Shown here piece by piece: positions 1 to 11,989 of a stretch of DNA of 64,000 nt. Within the stretch, counting starts at the first letter, position 1. The number at the start of each line of letters is the position of its first letter. The stretch is from Mactra antiquata (lineage: Eukaryota). Below the pieces are notes generated by a model. It worked only from the letters and a program-made list of their open reading frames with translations, was not told the DNA's origin and made no database searches. The DNA lies in the NCBI GenBank assembly GCA_047288015.1, contig CM103819.1:32753354-32817353 (forward strand). The letters are read 5' to 3'. Position numbers and translations under genes: made by a program.

Positions 1-1013
1 CGCCAAATAACTTAACGTAAATAACAAAATAGTCCATGCAGTTTTCAATACAATCTACATTAAATTAGTGATTAATTGATTAACTTATTGACTTTTATGT
101 AATCAATTATTGATCTTTGATTATTGATTGATCGATTAGACATTCAATGCACCCTGTGCTTGGGTGACTTGGGTCGGTGCAAATATTGCGAAAATTGTTA
201 TGACTGCTATTAACACTATCCTTCTTTTACATGTATGTTGCTTTTCATTGTATTGATAACAATCACAATCTTCAATGTATTTCTGTTAAGCAGGGAATAT
301 GGAATGAGGTTTAATACCAAACAAGTGTATAAATATATTTTTGTTGTTTGCCAATAATGTTTATCATCAAAATTGTATAATGTATATATCAATGACTGGG
401 TGTCAAATTGTTATAAACTCAAGGATTAAAAGGGAGAGATGCGTCATTTTGTTTTCCGCAGACTATCTCTAAGTGTAGACAATAAAAATGATTGACATAG
501 GCGGTTCCATCGGGGGTCTGCGGGATCCGGACCCCTAAATTGTAAACTTTTATTTTTTACCCCAACATTGAGTGAAGATGCAATAAATTCCTCCGTATTT
601 AGCTTGACGTGCCCCTTCCTAAGAAAAGTTCTCCAAAATTTTGGTCTTAGGTCGTGCCCCATAGAAGTTTGTTTTTTCAAAGTTGTACCCATAGCACAAA
701 TTTGGACCCCTTGGGAAATAATTCTAATGCATTCCTTGATTGAGGTGCATTTGACAAGGTGCAAAGTAAAGTAAAGAGGTGTAAAAACCCATTATGTAAA
801 TATTTTATCAGAGTTGCAAAAAAACCCGATTGTGCGACGTGATTAAATAGCCGCATAAAATATCTGTGAACACGTTTGATAGACCTACTCGAAGAATCGT
901 TTATCATAAAACAAGAAATATAGCTTCTTATGTTATATCAGGTTGCAAATCATATCAATTTGACATAACCATGTAAAAACGAGCCTGTTGAGTATTCTTT
1001 GACGATTTACTAA

Positions 1014-1236
1014 TGGCTCGTTTCATTAATCCATCGCTTACCGATTATTTGGCGATGTATGGCCGATTTAAACTTTCATGACCGATTATGGTTCATTAAA
1101 TTGTAAAATGCTACATCGAAAATTTATCTACATCGTAAATGTCTCGAACGTCTCCGTGCACCTGCTAGTGGCTATTGCTGTCGAAAATCGGCGATGGTAA
1201 TGATGAAAATGAAACCTTGCGAGCGATAATAAAACA
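1014..1236 (-). mobile_element. MITE family with terminal inverted repeats (partial copy, minus orientation)
   Basis: GGCTCGTTTCATTAATCCATCGCTTACCGATTATTTGGCG is the reverse complement of the 3' end of the 45004 and 58354 copies (CGCCGAATAATCGGCGAGCGATGGGTTAACGAGCC). An internal GCTAGTGG..CATCG..AATCGGCGATGG segment is homologous. Confidence 0.55.
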
Positions 1237-1805
1237 GATCCAAAGTATTACATTGTACCACTTGTGCCAAGTGCCCAGGGGCGGATTAATACATTACACG
1301 TCTTAGTCAAAGTGGCTGCCTGTTTTCATGAATGTAAATTATATTGAAAATAAATTCTTTGTCTCAGGTCTAGCTGTATACAAATACAACGCATAATAGT
1401 TGAACTATCTATTCAAGAGCTCAGACTTGGCACAAGGGAGTTAACTCGGTAACGGAAAATAGTATATTGTAGTACAGCGCCGAATGGTCTCCCTTTCAAT
1501 AAGACAAAATGAATGAAATAAGTACACATTTTGTACAGTGAACACCTAATCCATAATAAAACAATGTCTTCATATAACTATGTTATCACTTTTTCAGTTA
1601 TTTATAAGCAGAAATAATGTTTGATATTTCACCCGAAGATGTTTCAATCATACCTTTATTACTAACTTATTTACAAATGAGCGAAATAATCAATTTTGCA
1701 AACGTGTTAGTTCGAATCGTTTCTCTAAATCTCCTTTAGAGATATTCTTCTCAAACATCCATATACTCTTCAACTGAACAAAAACAAATCTACAAAAAGT
1801 TCAGT

Positions 1806-2083
1806 TCATTCTCCTTTCATGAATTTTGCCATCTTTGCCATTTCTGTCCCATAGGTTTTCGCGCTGTCACCAAAAACAAAACTTTGGCTTGCACTAGTTG
1901 AATATTTCGAAGCTGGTGGATTTTTATCAAAGACTTCTGCCACTTCTCTGGTAAGACTTGGAGAGTTACCACAACATAGACCAACATATTGTATACCCAA
2001 TTGTTTTGCATCCTCTGCAAACTTTCTGATATCTATACGAGTACAACGAACACAGTCAAGATTGTCAGGGTACACCAACTTTC
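1806..2083 (-). CDS. BHMT: BHMT-like paralog A, terminal exon including TGA stop (acceptor attccag|GAAAG)
   Basis: Translates to (G)KLVYPDNLDCVRCTRIDIRKFAEDAKQLGIQYVGLCCGNSPSLTREVAEVFDKNPPASKYSTSASQSFVFGDSAKTYGTEMAKMAKFMKGE*. The GLCCG motif corresponds to the BHMT GGCCGFEP zinc-ligand Cys pair. The stop codon is at 1806-1808. Confidence 0.78.
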
Positions 2084-2586
2084 CTGGAATATAAACCATG
2101 TGATACACGAGGGCTGTCCCAGTAAATCGTGCACTTCGTTCATTACTTTCTTTCCATACCTAACAGTCTTGTCTTTCGGCACCAAACGAATTAAATCAAT
2201 TTAGAACATTCTAATTCAGAGACAGAGAAACACTCTATATCTATATAATATCTATATTAATTGATTAGACATTCCTTTAGGCTGACACAAACAAGATCTT
2301 GCAATTGGCTCTTATATCGAGCTGATGCATGATAAATGTATATAAAATTGTTTAAATTCATTACATCCTCCATAAAGAATAATTTAATCTAGGCGTAAAC
2401 AAGCGATGCAATAAAGACTAATTCATGCATAAAACGAAGTTGTCAAGAGGGAACACTATCTCGCGAGGCATAGGCCACGCTTAGGAGATTCGCAACACTT
2501 GCTCGAGGGAGCCGTAAAAATGGCGTTCTTGACAATCAAATTGAAAGTCACGTGATGTCCAATCAAGTTATATAGGTCAATGTTAC

Positions 2587-2668
2587 CTGTTTTTGGATCC
2601 TTTAGTGAGAAGAATGTTCTTTCTTTATCATTGGTTCTGTAGGGCACAGGAAGAGCAGCAATAGGTCC
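2587..2668 (-). CDS. BHMT: BHMT-like paralog A, exon 6 (acceptor ttttacag|GGACCT, donor ACAG|gtaaca)
   Basis: Translates to GPIAALPVPYRTNDKERTFFSLKDPKT. Length 82 nt in all three copies. Confidence 0.75.
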
Positions 2669-3439
2669 CTGTAAAATTAATGAACTTGAATTTCATCATT
2701 CATGAAATTATTGGAAAAGAACACTTAAGTATTATTGTTTTCGTTCCTATTTAAGTAAGTTAATTTACATAACAGTATTTCAAATTATACTATGTTCACT
2801 GTTGTCAAATTTTGAATTACAAGTATGTCGCGTGGTCGACGGTGTTAACGTTAATTGAAGTTGCTCTTCTTCTTTGTTGGTCTCTATATATGTCAGATCA
2901 GTTTATTATTTTGTTTTTTAACAATTTGATTTTAAACAATCTAGGTATGGCAACTGACTTGTTTACTAAAATTCACAGCGACAGTGATGTAGGATATATA
3001 ATGATATACTCCTCTTAGAACGACTGGATTTTGTTAAACAAAACAAATCAAAATGGCGACTGACAATACCTTTCGACTGACTCACAGGAGCTGACTGGTC
3101 AACCAAGACTGACAACCGCCTTCATATACATAGAAACATAACAAAGCTTTCACAACAAGAGTTTTGGACAATTGAGTAGATATGTTCTTTTGTTGACTTT
3201 CATTGTCGGATATCCCAGCACACCAACTACGACTGACTTTATAAAAGTATATGAAGAGAAACGTAACAAAGCAGCATGGTTACCATTAATGGTTTATTTG
3301 TTTTCACTCGTTTTCATGTTTAATGCCACTTTTAACACATTTCAGTTATATAATGGCTGTTGGCTGACCTAACCAGTTACACACTTAAGACGAGAAAGGC
3401 TATATGAAGTTTTAGTAAGTGTTTTGCGATTTGCATTAC

Positions 3440-3618
3440 TTTGCACACTTTCTTGATTTCTTTGAGAAGAGGCATCATGACGTCAGGACCACGTGAACAG
3501 TTTATACCAACCACAGCCGCCCCCTCATCTTCCAGACGCTTGCAAGCTTCAGGTATAGGTACATCGTCTGTTGTACAATCAGGAAAATGAGCAGCAATCG
3601 TAATAACTGCAGGCACAC
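3440..3618 (-). CDS. BHMT: BHMT-like paralog A, exon 5 (acceptor tttag|GTGTGCC, donor AAA|gtaatg)
   Basis: Translates to (G)VPAVITIAAHFPDCTTDDVPIPEACKRLEDEGAAVVGINCSRGPDVMMPLLKEIKKVCK. It contains the GINC motif corresponding to the BHMT GVNCHFDP zinc-ligand cysteine. Length 179 nt in all three copies. Confidence 0.78.
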
Positions 3619-4101
3619 CTAAAGGATGTAAATTTCAATAATTGTATTCATGCGTGAAGGTTTAAGAATGTGTCGAAATATGACATTTGTTAGAGGTGTC
3701 GCATTCATAAAGAATATATTGCAAATGTCTCGCAACGGCGGTCCCATTAGCCAGGCATCATGAAAACATGATAAAAACCAAGGTCCAGACTTCTGCATTT
3801 GGAAGTTTTAGTAAATAAAATAAATAAACTTACATGTCGTAATTGAATAATTTTGATAAGTACAATGTATGTACTTGTATTTCACCGTGTATTTCCGTTA
3901 ACAATATAGTTATCAAAAGTATCAAATAGAATGGCTACCAAAATTTGATATCTCTTCATGGCACACCATTAAAACGCACCTGAATAAGAATACTCCGATT
4001 TATGTAGAATGACAACGATTTATGTAGAATGACAAAAATACTCATTCTACGCTTTTAATGTTATTGCAATTATTATTTGATAACACGTATGTTATTTATA
4101 C

Positions 4102-4213
4102 CTTTTCCGAAATCCTTAATAGTTTGTAAAGCAATTCTGGCCTCGCCATATGAGCCAAATGTTTCACCTATAATATAGTCAGCTCCGGCATCAACCGCCC
4201 ATTCCACTTGTTC
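4102..4213 (-). CDS. BHMT: BHMT-like paralog A, exon 4 (acceptor ttttag|GAACAAG, donor AAAAG|gtataa)
   Basis: Translates to EQVEWAVDAGADYIIGETFGSYGEARIALQTIKDFGK, matching the BHMT motif [29 protein letters not shown]. Length 112 nt; too short for the ORF track but in phase with flanking exons. Confidence 0.72.
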
Positions 4214-4835
4214 CTAAAACAAAAATATAAGTACAGTCTGATTTGTCTCTTTATGTAGAAATTCTCATCCAAAGATAATAATTTCAGTATTGTCCCAATG
4301 TTTAGGGTGATACGAAAATTCTGTACTTGAATCAAGTGTGCTGAACAAGTGCAGAATTGGCAATAAGTAGAAAACGTATGCAACTAAAGTTGGTAGGCTT
4401 TTCATAATTACCAAGCAATTGATATAAGATTATCGTTCACACTTGTCACTGCAATAAGTCATTATAGTCATAGCTTAACTTCATTAGTCAATAATATTTA
4501 AAGTATTGCAAGGTTATTGATAAAATAGAAAAAAAAAATGTAAACGTTTAAACGGATTATTATTTTGTGTTTAATGTCGTAATTGAACCACAGCCATCCG
4601 ACATGCAAGGAACTTTTACATATAAGAAATCACCACCTCTTCACAGTCAAACAAGCCTGTAAAATGCTATATTCATACAAGAACCCTATATAAACCTATA
4701 GGGTACATGATTCATATAATTATAATGTATGTTTGTCATCTGTATTATTATGCATACAATGTCCTCATGCATTTCGACAAATTGAAAGGATATAAACAAT
4801 TTATCTAACAGACATAGAAACAGTAATATTCTCAC

Positions 4836-5030
4836 CTTAAACATGTCATAGATTTTCTGTTGTGCTTCAGGATCATTTTCCTTATACAATGGTGTATTAC
4901 TAAGTCCACCAGCCATCAATTTATCATATTTATCAGCAACACGACGAGCTATAGCTAATGCATCACGGTTAAGTTTCTCTACTTCGTCTTCTCGACCTCG
5001 TAGTTTCATCATTTCACGATAGGCATAATA
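4836..5030 (-). CDS. BHMT: BHMT-like paralog A, exon 3 (acceptor tttcag|TATTATGCC, donor AAG|gtgaga)
   Basis: Translates to YYAYREMMKLRGREDEVEKLNRDALAIARRVADKYDKLMAGGLSNTPLYKENDPEAQQKIYDMFK. Length 195 nt, phase 0 to 0, identical in length to B and C exon 3. Confidence 0.78.
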
Positions 5031-5049
5031 CTGAAATATTGCATTCCAA

Positions 5050-5345
5050 AAACTAGTTCACATTGACAAGGATTACAATTTCAATATCATTTATAGCGTG
5101 CTCACATTGACCTGAGACAAGGAATACAATTTCAATATCTTCTATAGCTTGTTCCTACTTACAATGGACATAGTTTAGTTTCACAAACATTTTAAGCTTG
5201 TTCACATTAACCTGAGGAAAGGAATACGAATTCAATATCATTTATAGCTTGTTCCCATTGACCTGAGACAAGGAATACAATTTCAATTATCATTTATAGT
5301 TTGTTCACATTGACCTGAGACAAGGGAAACAATTTCAATATTATT
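5050..5345. repeat. Tandem array (about 5 units of about 60 bp) of a GTTCACATTGACCTGAGACAAGGAATACAATTTCAATATCATTTATAGCTT element, in intron 2 of BHMT copy A
   Basis: The unit repeats directly five times with point differences. Dispersed single copies of the GTTCA(C/T)ATTGACC(T/C)GAGACA core lie at 17290-17320 (copy B intron) and 32940-32965. Inverted or partial copies lie at 5395-5420 and 33100-33180. Confidence 0.7.
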
Positions 5346-5475
5346 TCCAAGCGTTTTAATCAGTATTCTACAGTGTTACTGAAGCTTGTACTATTCTAAT
5401 GTCTCAGGCAAATGTGAATAAGCTTTAACTAATATTCTGTATAATATCCTTTAACTTTTATTCTGTTATTATTTT

Positions 5476-5607
5476 GTACTTTAAATGCCAGGGTAAGGCG
5501 TATGACATATCTGTCTTATACAAAACGTAAATAATACTGTCGTCCTTAAATGCCATAGTAAGGCGTATGACATCTGTCTTATACAAAACGTAAATAATAC
5601 TGTCGTC
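5476..5607. repeat. Tandem duplication of a 57-bp unit
   Basis: AAATGCCAGGGTAAGGCGTATGACATATCTGTCTTATACAAAACGTAAATAATACTGTCGTCC is repeated twice. This produces the repetitive ORF 5458-5652. Confidence 0.7.
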
Positions 5608-5895
5608 CACGACTATTGTCAACCTTACCTTTGTCGGAATCATGACCAACATCAGTATCTAGTACACATCTTAATGAATTAACCTCGTTTGAGTTTTGAC
5701 AACGAGACTGTGATTACCTGTATTATATTTATTGGTCAGACAGATCTAATGTAGTACTTAATTTGACATTTTCAATTCTTGACCATTCTCTAAATGTCAA
5801 AATCTTTATCAATGATAATAACACGCGAGTGCACTGATTAGCTTATAACTTAAATTTTAACCATTTAATATACATGTAGTTTCCAAGCAACTTAC

Positions 5896-6086
5896 CGTAT
5901 ATGCCTCAATGACGTCACTTCCTGCTAGAGCAAATTCTTCATGAAGCATTTCGACAGCTTCAGGTTTCTCTAGAACAACTTCCGGTAGGAAATTACCAAA
6001 CTGAAGTAGACCTCGTCTTTCTAGTTCCCATAAGTAACCCTCAGCTACAACCACCGTTTCTCCATCCTGTAACCTTTCTCTGAGAC
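5896..6086 (-). CDS. BHMT: BHMT-like paralog A, coding exon 2 (first recognisable exon; phase-1 acceptor caag|GT, donor ACG|gtaagt)
   Basis: Translates to GLRERLQDGETVVVAEGYLWELERRGLLQFGNFLPEVVLEKPEAVEMLHEEFALAGSDVIEAYT, which aligns to the BHMT N-terminal region (ILERLNAGE..GDGGFVFALEKRGY..EAVRQLHREF..AGSNVMQTFTF). Length 191 nt, the same as the homologous exon in copies B and C. Confidence 0.75.
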
Positions 6087-6289
6087 CTTGATTAAAAAGA
6101 AAATATTAGTTTCTTAAAAGGAATACTGCATGCGTTTAAAGACGAAATATATTTGTGACGTCATGTAGATGTTAATCATTGTAGATTGCCCTAAGATGAT
6201 AAATTGTCCCAGTTAAAACACTAAGAAACATATAAAATTCTGTTTATAATTATGAGCCTCCAGTTTACCATAACTTGTACATTTTTGCT

Positions 6290-6775
6290 GGTTTAAGAGT
6301 TTATGCCCATATGATGTGGGCAATTCACCTTACCACCGCTCCTGGAATTCACCAGTACTAGACTAACATCCTTTACAACTTTCTCACAAAAAAATGTGGT
6401 CCGAGCTGGACTTGAACCAAACACACCAGTACTAGACTACACTCCTCCACAAACAACTGTCTACTTTCTCACATAAAGATTGTGTTCCGAGCTGGACTTA
6501 AACCAGACACACCAATACTAGACTACACTCCTCCACAAACAACTGTCTACTTTCTCACATAAAAGATTGTTGTCCGAGCTAGACTTAAACCAGACACACC
6601 AGTACTAGACTACACTCCTCCACAAACAAATGCTTGCTTTCACTCATAAAGATTGTGGTCAGAGATTGACTCGAACCCACCCCAGTCTATCTGCTACAGA
6701 TTACAGTAATTTGAAGACGATGACTTTAGAAATTCGACCACGGAAGTGGATCAATTTTAAATTATCTGCAATGTA
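6290..6775 (-). mobile_element. SINE family C (minus orientation) carrying an internal tandem array of about 85-bp units
   Basis: The right end ..GTGGTCAGAGATTGACTCGAACCCACC..AATTCGACCACGGAAGTGGATC is the reverse complement of a tRNA-like head with a GGTTCGAGTC B box. Positions 6372-6700 hold about 3.9 copies of an 85-bp unit TTTCTCACATAAAGATTGTGTTCCGAGCTGGACTTAAACCAGACACACCAATACTAGACTACACTCCTCCACAAACAACTGTCTAC. Homologous copies lie at 40125-40395 and 41425-41580. Confidence 0.6.
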
Positions 6776-8087
6776 AACACAATAAAATTTAAAATGTTTA
6801 TCGTACGGAAGCGCTGTGTTAAAATGTATCAACCCTGTTTTAGGAAAGCCATGTTCTTGTTTCTGATTTCGACACCCTGTCTTATTGCCACAGTCCAGAA
6901 ACAGCTGTAGAGGAACAAAACACGTACTTTTTCATACTTTTAGTATGAAATGAACGACTCCATTGGTGGTCAGATTGTCCGTTCCTGTTCAAATTTTTGG
7001 ACAAAGGGCTTGAAATGATAAATAAAATTTGCATTACATTGCAGTTTTAACCGACATTTGTAAGTCTTTGTGTGGACTTTCTAGTATTTGTAACCGATAT
7101 GTTTGGTGTTCGAGTCCATCTTGATCAAAATGCTGAACTGCTAGTCACACATTGAAGAAAATTGTGATTAGTTCCCTCATACAAATTACACACGCTTGGT
7201 TTTGTTAGAGACACCTACACGGTTTATAAAAGAAGACCCGTACGGTAGTACATTAAGTAGATCTGTTTTTTAAACAGGATTTGCCTCTATACCACAATCG
7301 GAACGTCTGCGCATTTTTTGTAGCAAGCCAAATGGAACGATGCGTTTAGATTGTCAAAAGTCGGTCTCAAATCAAAGAAGAATAACTCTTGCTAACTTGT
7401 ATATGTATTAGAGTGACTCGATAACGTCCCCTGATCAAACCGTCCTACTATATATATCCTCATTATTGAACCTATCGCGGATTATCATGATGCAACTTGG
7501 TAATGTATTCAGAGCGACAGGAATTTGCATGATGAATTAAGTTATTGGAAACCAAGTCCAATTCATATGTGAATCTAGTTCTTTTCTGGGAAGACCGTCG
7601 ACTAAATTACAGTAGGAATCCTATTGTTTGCACGTATTTTGCGAATCCCAGGGGTCCGGACCCTCGACCCCCGCTGGATCGACTGTTTCAACTTGCATAA
7701 CTCTCCGATGTTGTATCATGTATATATTTGTTGCCATGGTTTTATCGGAAAATGTAGAAATCATTTCATGTGCGTGTGCTTGGTGACAGCTTAGATATGA
7801 AAAGCTTGAAGAAGTTTCTTTCTTTCTGTGCATGAGTAATATATTCATTTTTTGGTCATATTTTCGGCCTTGTCTCTGCTACGACTATTTATAAGAGCAT
7901 TTCTAGAGACATGGTCAATTTTTATAAGATCTGATTACTTACAGCCTACTTCTCATAAACTATGCTGGTGAGTTTACTCGGATATTTATTTACCCGAGAA
8001 CGCAGTTGTGTGAAACTAACACTTGTATGACAGATCGTTATAAATACATCGTGTGCCAATATCGAAACTCGAATAAGTAACTCATCA

Positions 8088-8366
8088 CCGGGTCCATGGC
8101 GCAGTAGGCTGTGCACAGGATTTCGAATCTAATGTCCTGAAGGGGTCGCTGGAGCATCACCCGGGCTGGTTACATGTATACCCTTCCATGAAAATTCGAC
8201 TATAATGTCGATTTTCCTCCATTAATAAGGTATATTGAAACGTTGTCAGTCTTGTGGAAGGGTAGGCGAGTACTGGTTATGAACAAGGGTCCGAAAAAAA
8301 CTAGGTCAGGTGCCTAGCTGGCCGCCGAAATAATGACCGTAATTTGTATTGACACGGCGTTAACCC
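8088..8366 (+). mobile_element. tRNA-derived SINE, family A (ACCCTTCCATG core), full-length copy
   Basis: tRNA-like head (TGGCGCAGTAGG A-box-like). Body ..CATACCCTTCCATGAAAATTCGA..TTTTCCTCC..GTACTGGTTA..GGGTCC..GCTGGCCGCCG... Tail GACACGGCGTTAACCC. A near-identical inverted copy lies at 52682-52972. Confidence 0.7.
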
Positions 8367-10077
8367 AATCCCTTAAAAAGTAACTCATCGATTGCAAAGC
8401 ATGTACTTGTTGTCCCAGATATACGGGCTATCACTGGTTTGTAATAAAATTGTCGCAACCAGTTTAAGCCGGATAATTTTGAGTCAATTTTATATAGATA
8501 TACGAAGTAAAACTTGGTCAAATGAGATAAGAGCGAACTATAGGTCGAAATCTGGCTCACGTATCACGTTTCATTCATGCACCCTTACTGTTTATATTTG
8601 ACTTGTAATGATAACGAGAGGTTGTTTATAAACATTTAAAGCATAGATCAATAATATCATTGACACTGGCGGACTTCAGAGAGGTTAGGGGACACGAGTT
8701 CAGTTCTCGCCAGAAGTTTCAGCATTTTTGAATAAGTCGCTGTAATGGTTTTTAAAAATCCTGGACCTCCGAGAGATAAATAGAAAGCCTCTCAAACTAA
8801 ATGGTTTCAAGGGCAAATATACGAAAATATCCGACTGAAAAGTCTCCGGAAATACCCGACTGAACACATCCTTGAAATTTCCAATGTCTATATTTAGTCA
8901 TTCTTGAATATCAGAGGCTTACCTTTGTAGTATGAGAGTAAATTTAGCGGACACTTTATTTTCGAACATTTCCGACCAAAATACCCAGATGTATACGTAA
9001 ATGCTGTAATAAGTATTTCAGAACGTTATCCGTAATGTGGGAAAATTTGAAAGCGTAAATGAAGACAATGTGCTTTGGGGTGTGAAAGTGTCCATTGTCT
9101 GTAGCGGTTCTATGTTAAATAGGTGACAAAAAACATTACGGACAATCTGGAACAATGTATACTTCTGGAAATACTATACATGACTGTTCGAGTAATCTCG
9201 TTCGATGCGATGAATTGGCTTTAGTTGGATGTCTAGTGTTTGAAGCAAGTTGCCATGGTGAGGATATCCGCTATAAAATTTCATAAATGTCATCCGCTTT
9301 TAAAAATCATATCCCATAATATTGCCGTTTTTGAAAAGGCTTTCATTATATAAACACAATATAAAGAAAATGGGAGAAGATCACTTAGACTACTGGCACT
9401 TAATTTCATGATTTTGATTCACCGATTTTTTATTACATTATACATTAAATTTCACACAAATTCGTGCACTTCTAATTTGTCCGCAACGGAAGAACGAATA
9501 AAATCCCGTACATTTCCGGGCCAATTTCTATCCAGAGTCGTCGTTCCTACGATCATAATTATATACATGCATTACATTGTAATTACAAGATCTCACATAG
9601 TCGGAACCGAGTGTTTATAAGCCAGTAAGCATATTTACAATGCAATTGATCGCAGCCAGAAAAATAAAGTATCTCACCTCGCATGTTTGTTTCCAGTAAA
9701 TCTCAATTGTGGTACACTGTGACTGTGATCAATACTTAAAAACTTTCTAATTTTATGTAAACCTCTTTTACTGAATGAAACGAGCACTAACAAATGCTCA
9801 CTGCAAATGTTTTATATAATACGTAAATATGCAACTAATGTGCAAAAATATGCTATACTGACGAGTTTATCAAGTGAATGCTATTATCTTGAGAGTGGCC
9901 GGTCATCTATTCCTTTGTACATGTATATTTCTATGCTCTATATTCTGACCATTCCTTGTTTAATAAGGACCATATCATGCCAATTTTAACACACCCAGCA
10001 AATAGATAAAGTATCCAAAGGAATAAGGCCATGACTACTAGGAGTAATTTTAAAATTTCAACAGCTATTAAGTTTCA

Positions 10078-10140
10078 CGGTTAACAGCTAAATCCAGTCG
10101 TGGTGTGACCTATACAATGTGTTGCTACGGCGTTAAACCC
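10078..10140 (+). mobile_element. 5'-truncated SINE family B tail fragment
   Basis: AACAGCTAAATCCAG..GACCTATACAATGTGTTGCTACGGCGTTAAACCC matches the 3' end of the 23322-23640 copy. Confidence 0.6.
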
Positions 10141-10495
10141 AACCGAAAAAATCACGCCATTAAAGATGTCCAGAATGAGAGAGAGAAATCGTTGGCAATT
10201 CAGAGGATTCCAGATATTCTCCGGTTTCGGATTTCTTAGGTTACAATGTATAGCTCATGTACAAGAGTTGCCTGCTATTTTTGGAAGGTATGTAAACTTT
10301 TACTAGGCTGGAGTCCTTGAAATCTGGCAAATAAATTGAGTATCGAACTTTTGAATAAGTAATAAATTTCAACCAATAAATGTTGCATGGGTTTAGTTAT
10401 ACAAAAATGGCAATGTCTGTAAAGTCAGGCAAAACTTCATTTGGTTCTTTAAGAATACTGAAATAATGCTGAAAGCATCATAACGAAACATTAAC

Positions 10496-10815
10496 TCTGG
10501 CCTTGGCGCAGTGGTAGAGCGAATGATTACGAAGCCGGAGGTACTAAGTTCGATCCCTGGTCGCAGCAGGTCTTACCCTTCCAGTAAATTCGAAGTTTAA
10601 TATCGGTTTTCCTCTGTAGATGTAGAAGATGTCGACTTCTAGTGAAAGGGTACATGTAAGCAGTACTGGTTAACGAAAAGGGTCCAGGAAATGCTATAGT
10701 TTAATGTGCTGGCCGCCGTAGATTAAAATGGTTCGGGAAATGCTATAGCTAGGTGAGCTGGCCGCCGTACAAAACCTTATTACGTGTTGATAAACGGCGT
10801 AGGTTGAAAAAGCAA
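10496..10815 (+). mobile_element. tRNA-derived SINE, family A, with internal duplication of the GGAAATGCTATAG..GGCCGCCG segment
   Basis: Head GGCCTTGGCGCAGTGGTAGAGCG..GGTACTAAGTTCGATCCCTGG carries clear A and B boxes. The body is homologous to 8088-8366. The tail ..AAACGGCGTAGGTTGAAAAAGCAAAAAC is A-rich. Confidence 0.7.
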
Positions 10816-11989
10816 AAACAAAACAGTAAATCTAAACTTCAACAATGTACCGTCACAAAGTATGGCTTTATTATTTCATTCGGCTATCTCTGTGTAGACT
10901 CATTCGGTGAAATATGTCCTATTTTGATACTGAAGCTCAGATGCGACTTAATTAATCAACGACAGAGTTTGGACAGTGGACAAAGTTGAAGTGGGTCAAG
11001 TTTAGTGTTGTAAACAGATCATATTACAATTAATTACCTAGTTGTCAGGGTTATTATATAGGTGTACAGATATTCAACATTGATTATGACCAAGGACAAA
11101 TCCTCGGAGTCAACATTTATTGTAGTCAACAACTTGTAAAAAAGCCACCAATTTTTGATAGCATTTATTGCAGATCAAGCGGTAGACGAGAGTCAGGGGA
11201 TCTCCTACCCCCTGAATTAATGTTAAAACATCTTTCATTGAGCTTGTTGTAATGTTTAGATTGAAACCGTTGACATCGTCGGATACCCCAGATACGTTGA
11301 TACGCTATACCGACGACGACCCTTAGGCAGCGTCTTAACATGGAACTCTTACTCGCATGTAGAGTGGTTGATAATGCTATATTGTGTCTATACAGATATA
11401 GAACCACAGTTGTGGCTATTGCAAATATCTAAAATAACATCTCTTGAAGACGTCTTTGAAATTGTACTATGAATAGTGCTGGTGCTGTTCTTTAATTCGT
11501 GTCCATGTTTTCAAATATTCTATCGGTAAAGTGCGCACTTGAATGCACGTGTTCTTGTATATGTAACTGAGATATGACCATATCTGCTTCTGTTGCCTTA
11601 TTTGAATGTAACCTTCGTTATTTAAGTCAAGTGTCACAAACGTACGGCGGAATGTACTATTCATGACGCACTTTTTATTCTATTATCTTGTAGCATTGAC
11701 CTACTGGCACATTTCTGGATGCATTTCCAAAAATAAACCAAACTTTTGGTCGTACTGCATGATGTTTATCTTCGTGTCCTTGTACTAGGCATTGTTTGTT
11801 TAACATTTAATCATTGCCAAACATAAAATATGGCAATCCATTTTGCCTTTTTTGGTATCCAATACAGTATAACCTCCTTTCACAGCCATCTCTTAGTTAC
11901 CACTACATCACAACAACGACTACCTAAAATCACTAATTGTCCTGATGTTCCGATAGCAATAGCCCTCCCTACAACAATCACCTCTTTAA

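Noticed and set aside
1817-2204. ORFs 1817-2020(-), 1989-2204(+), 16290-16475(+), 568-774(+) and similar
   Set aside because: These are alternative-frame or opposite-strand shadow ORFs overlapping BHMT exons, or they lie in AT-rich filler with no homology. None has splice or codon-usage support.
5050-6700. CRISPR-like interpretation of the 60-bp array (5050-5345) and the 85-bp array (6372-6700)
   Set aside because: Units are adjacent with no unique spacers, and they are degenerate copies of transposable-element segments. The 85-bp unit is a SINE head sub-module, and the 60-bp unit recurs as dispersed single copies. They lie in introns or intergenic DNA of a eukaryotic gene.
7621-7848. ORF 7621-7848(-) as the missing first exon of BHMT copy A
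   Set aside because: Its translation (..MATNIYMIQHRRVMQVETVDPAGVEGPDPWDSQNTCKQ) has no similarity to the BHMT N-terminus and no phase-1 donor in the right place. Part of it is the GC-rich palindromic block described in the findings.
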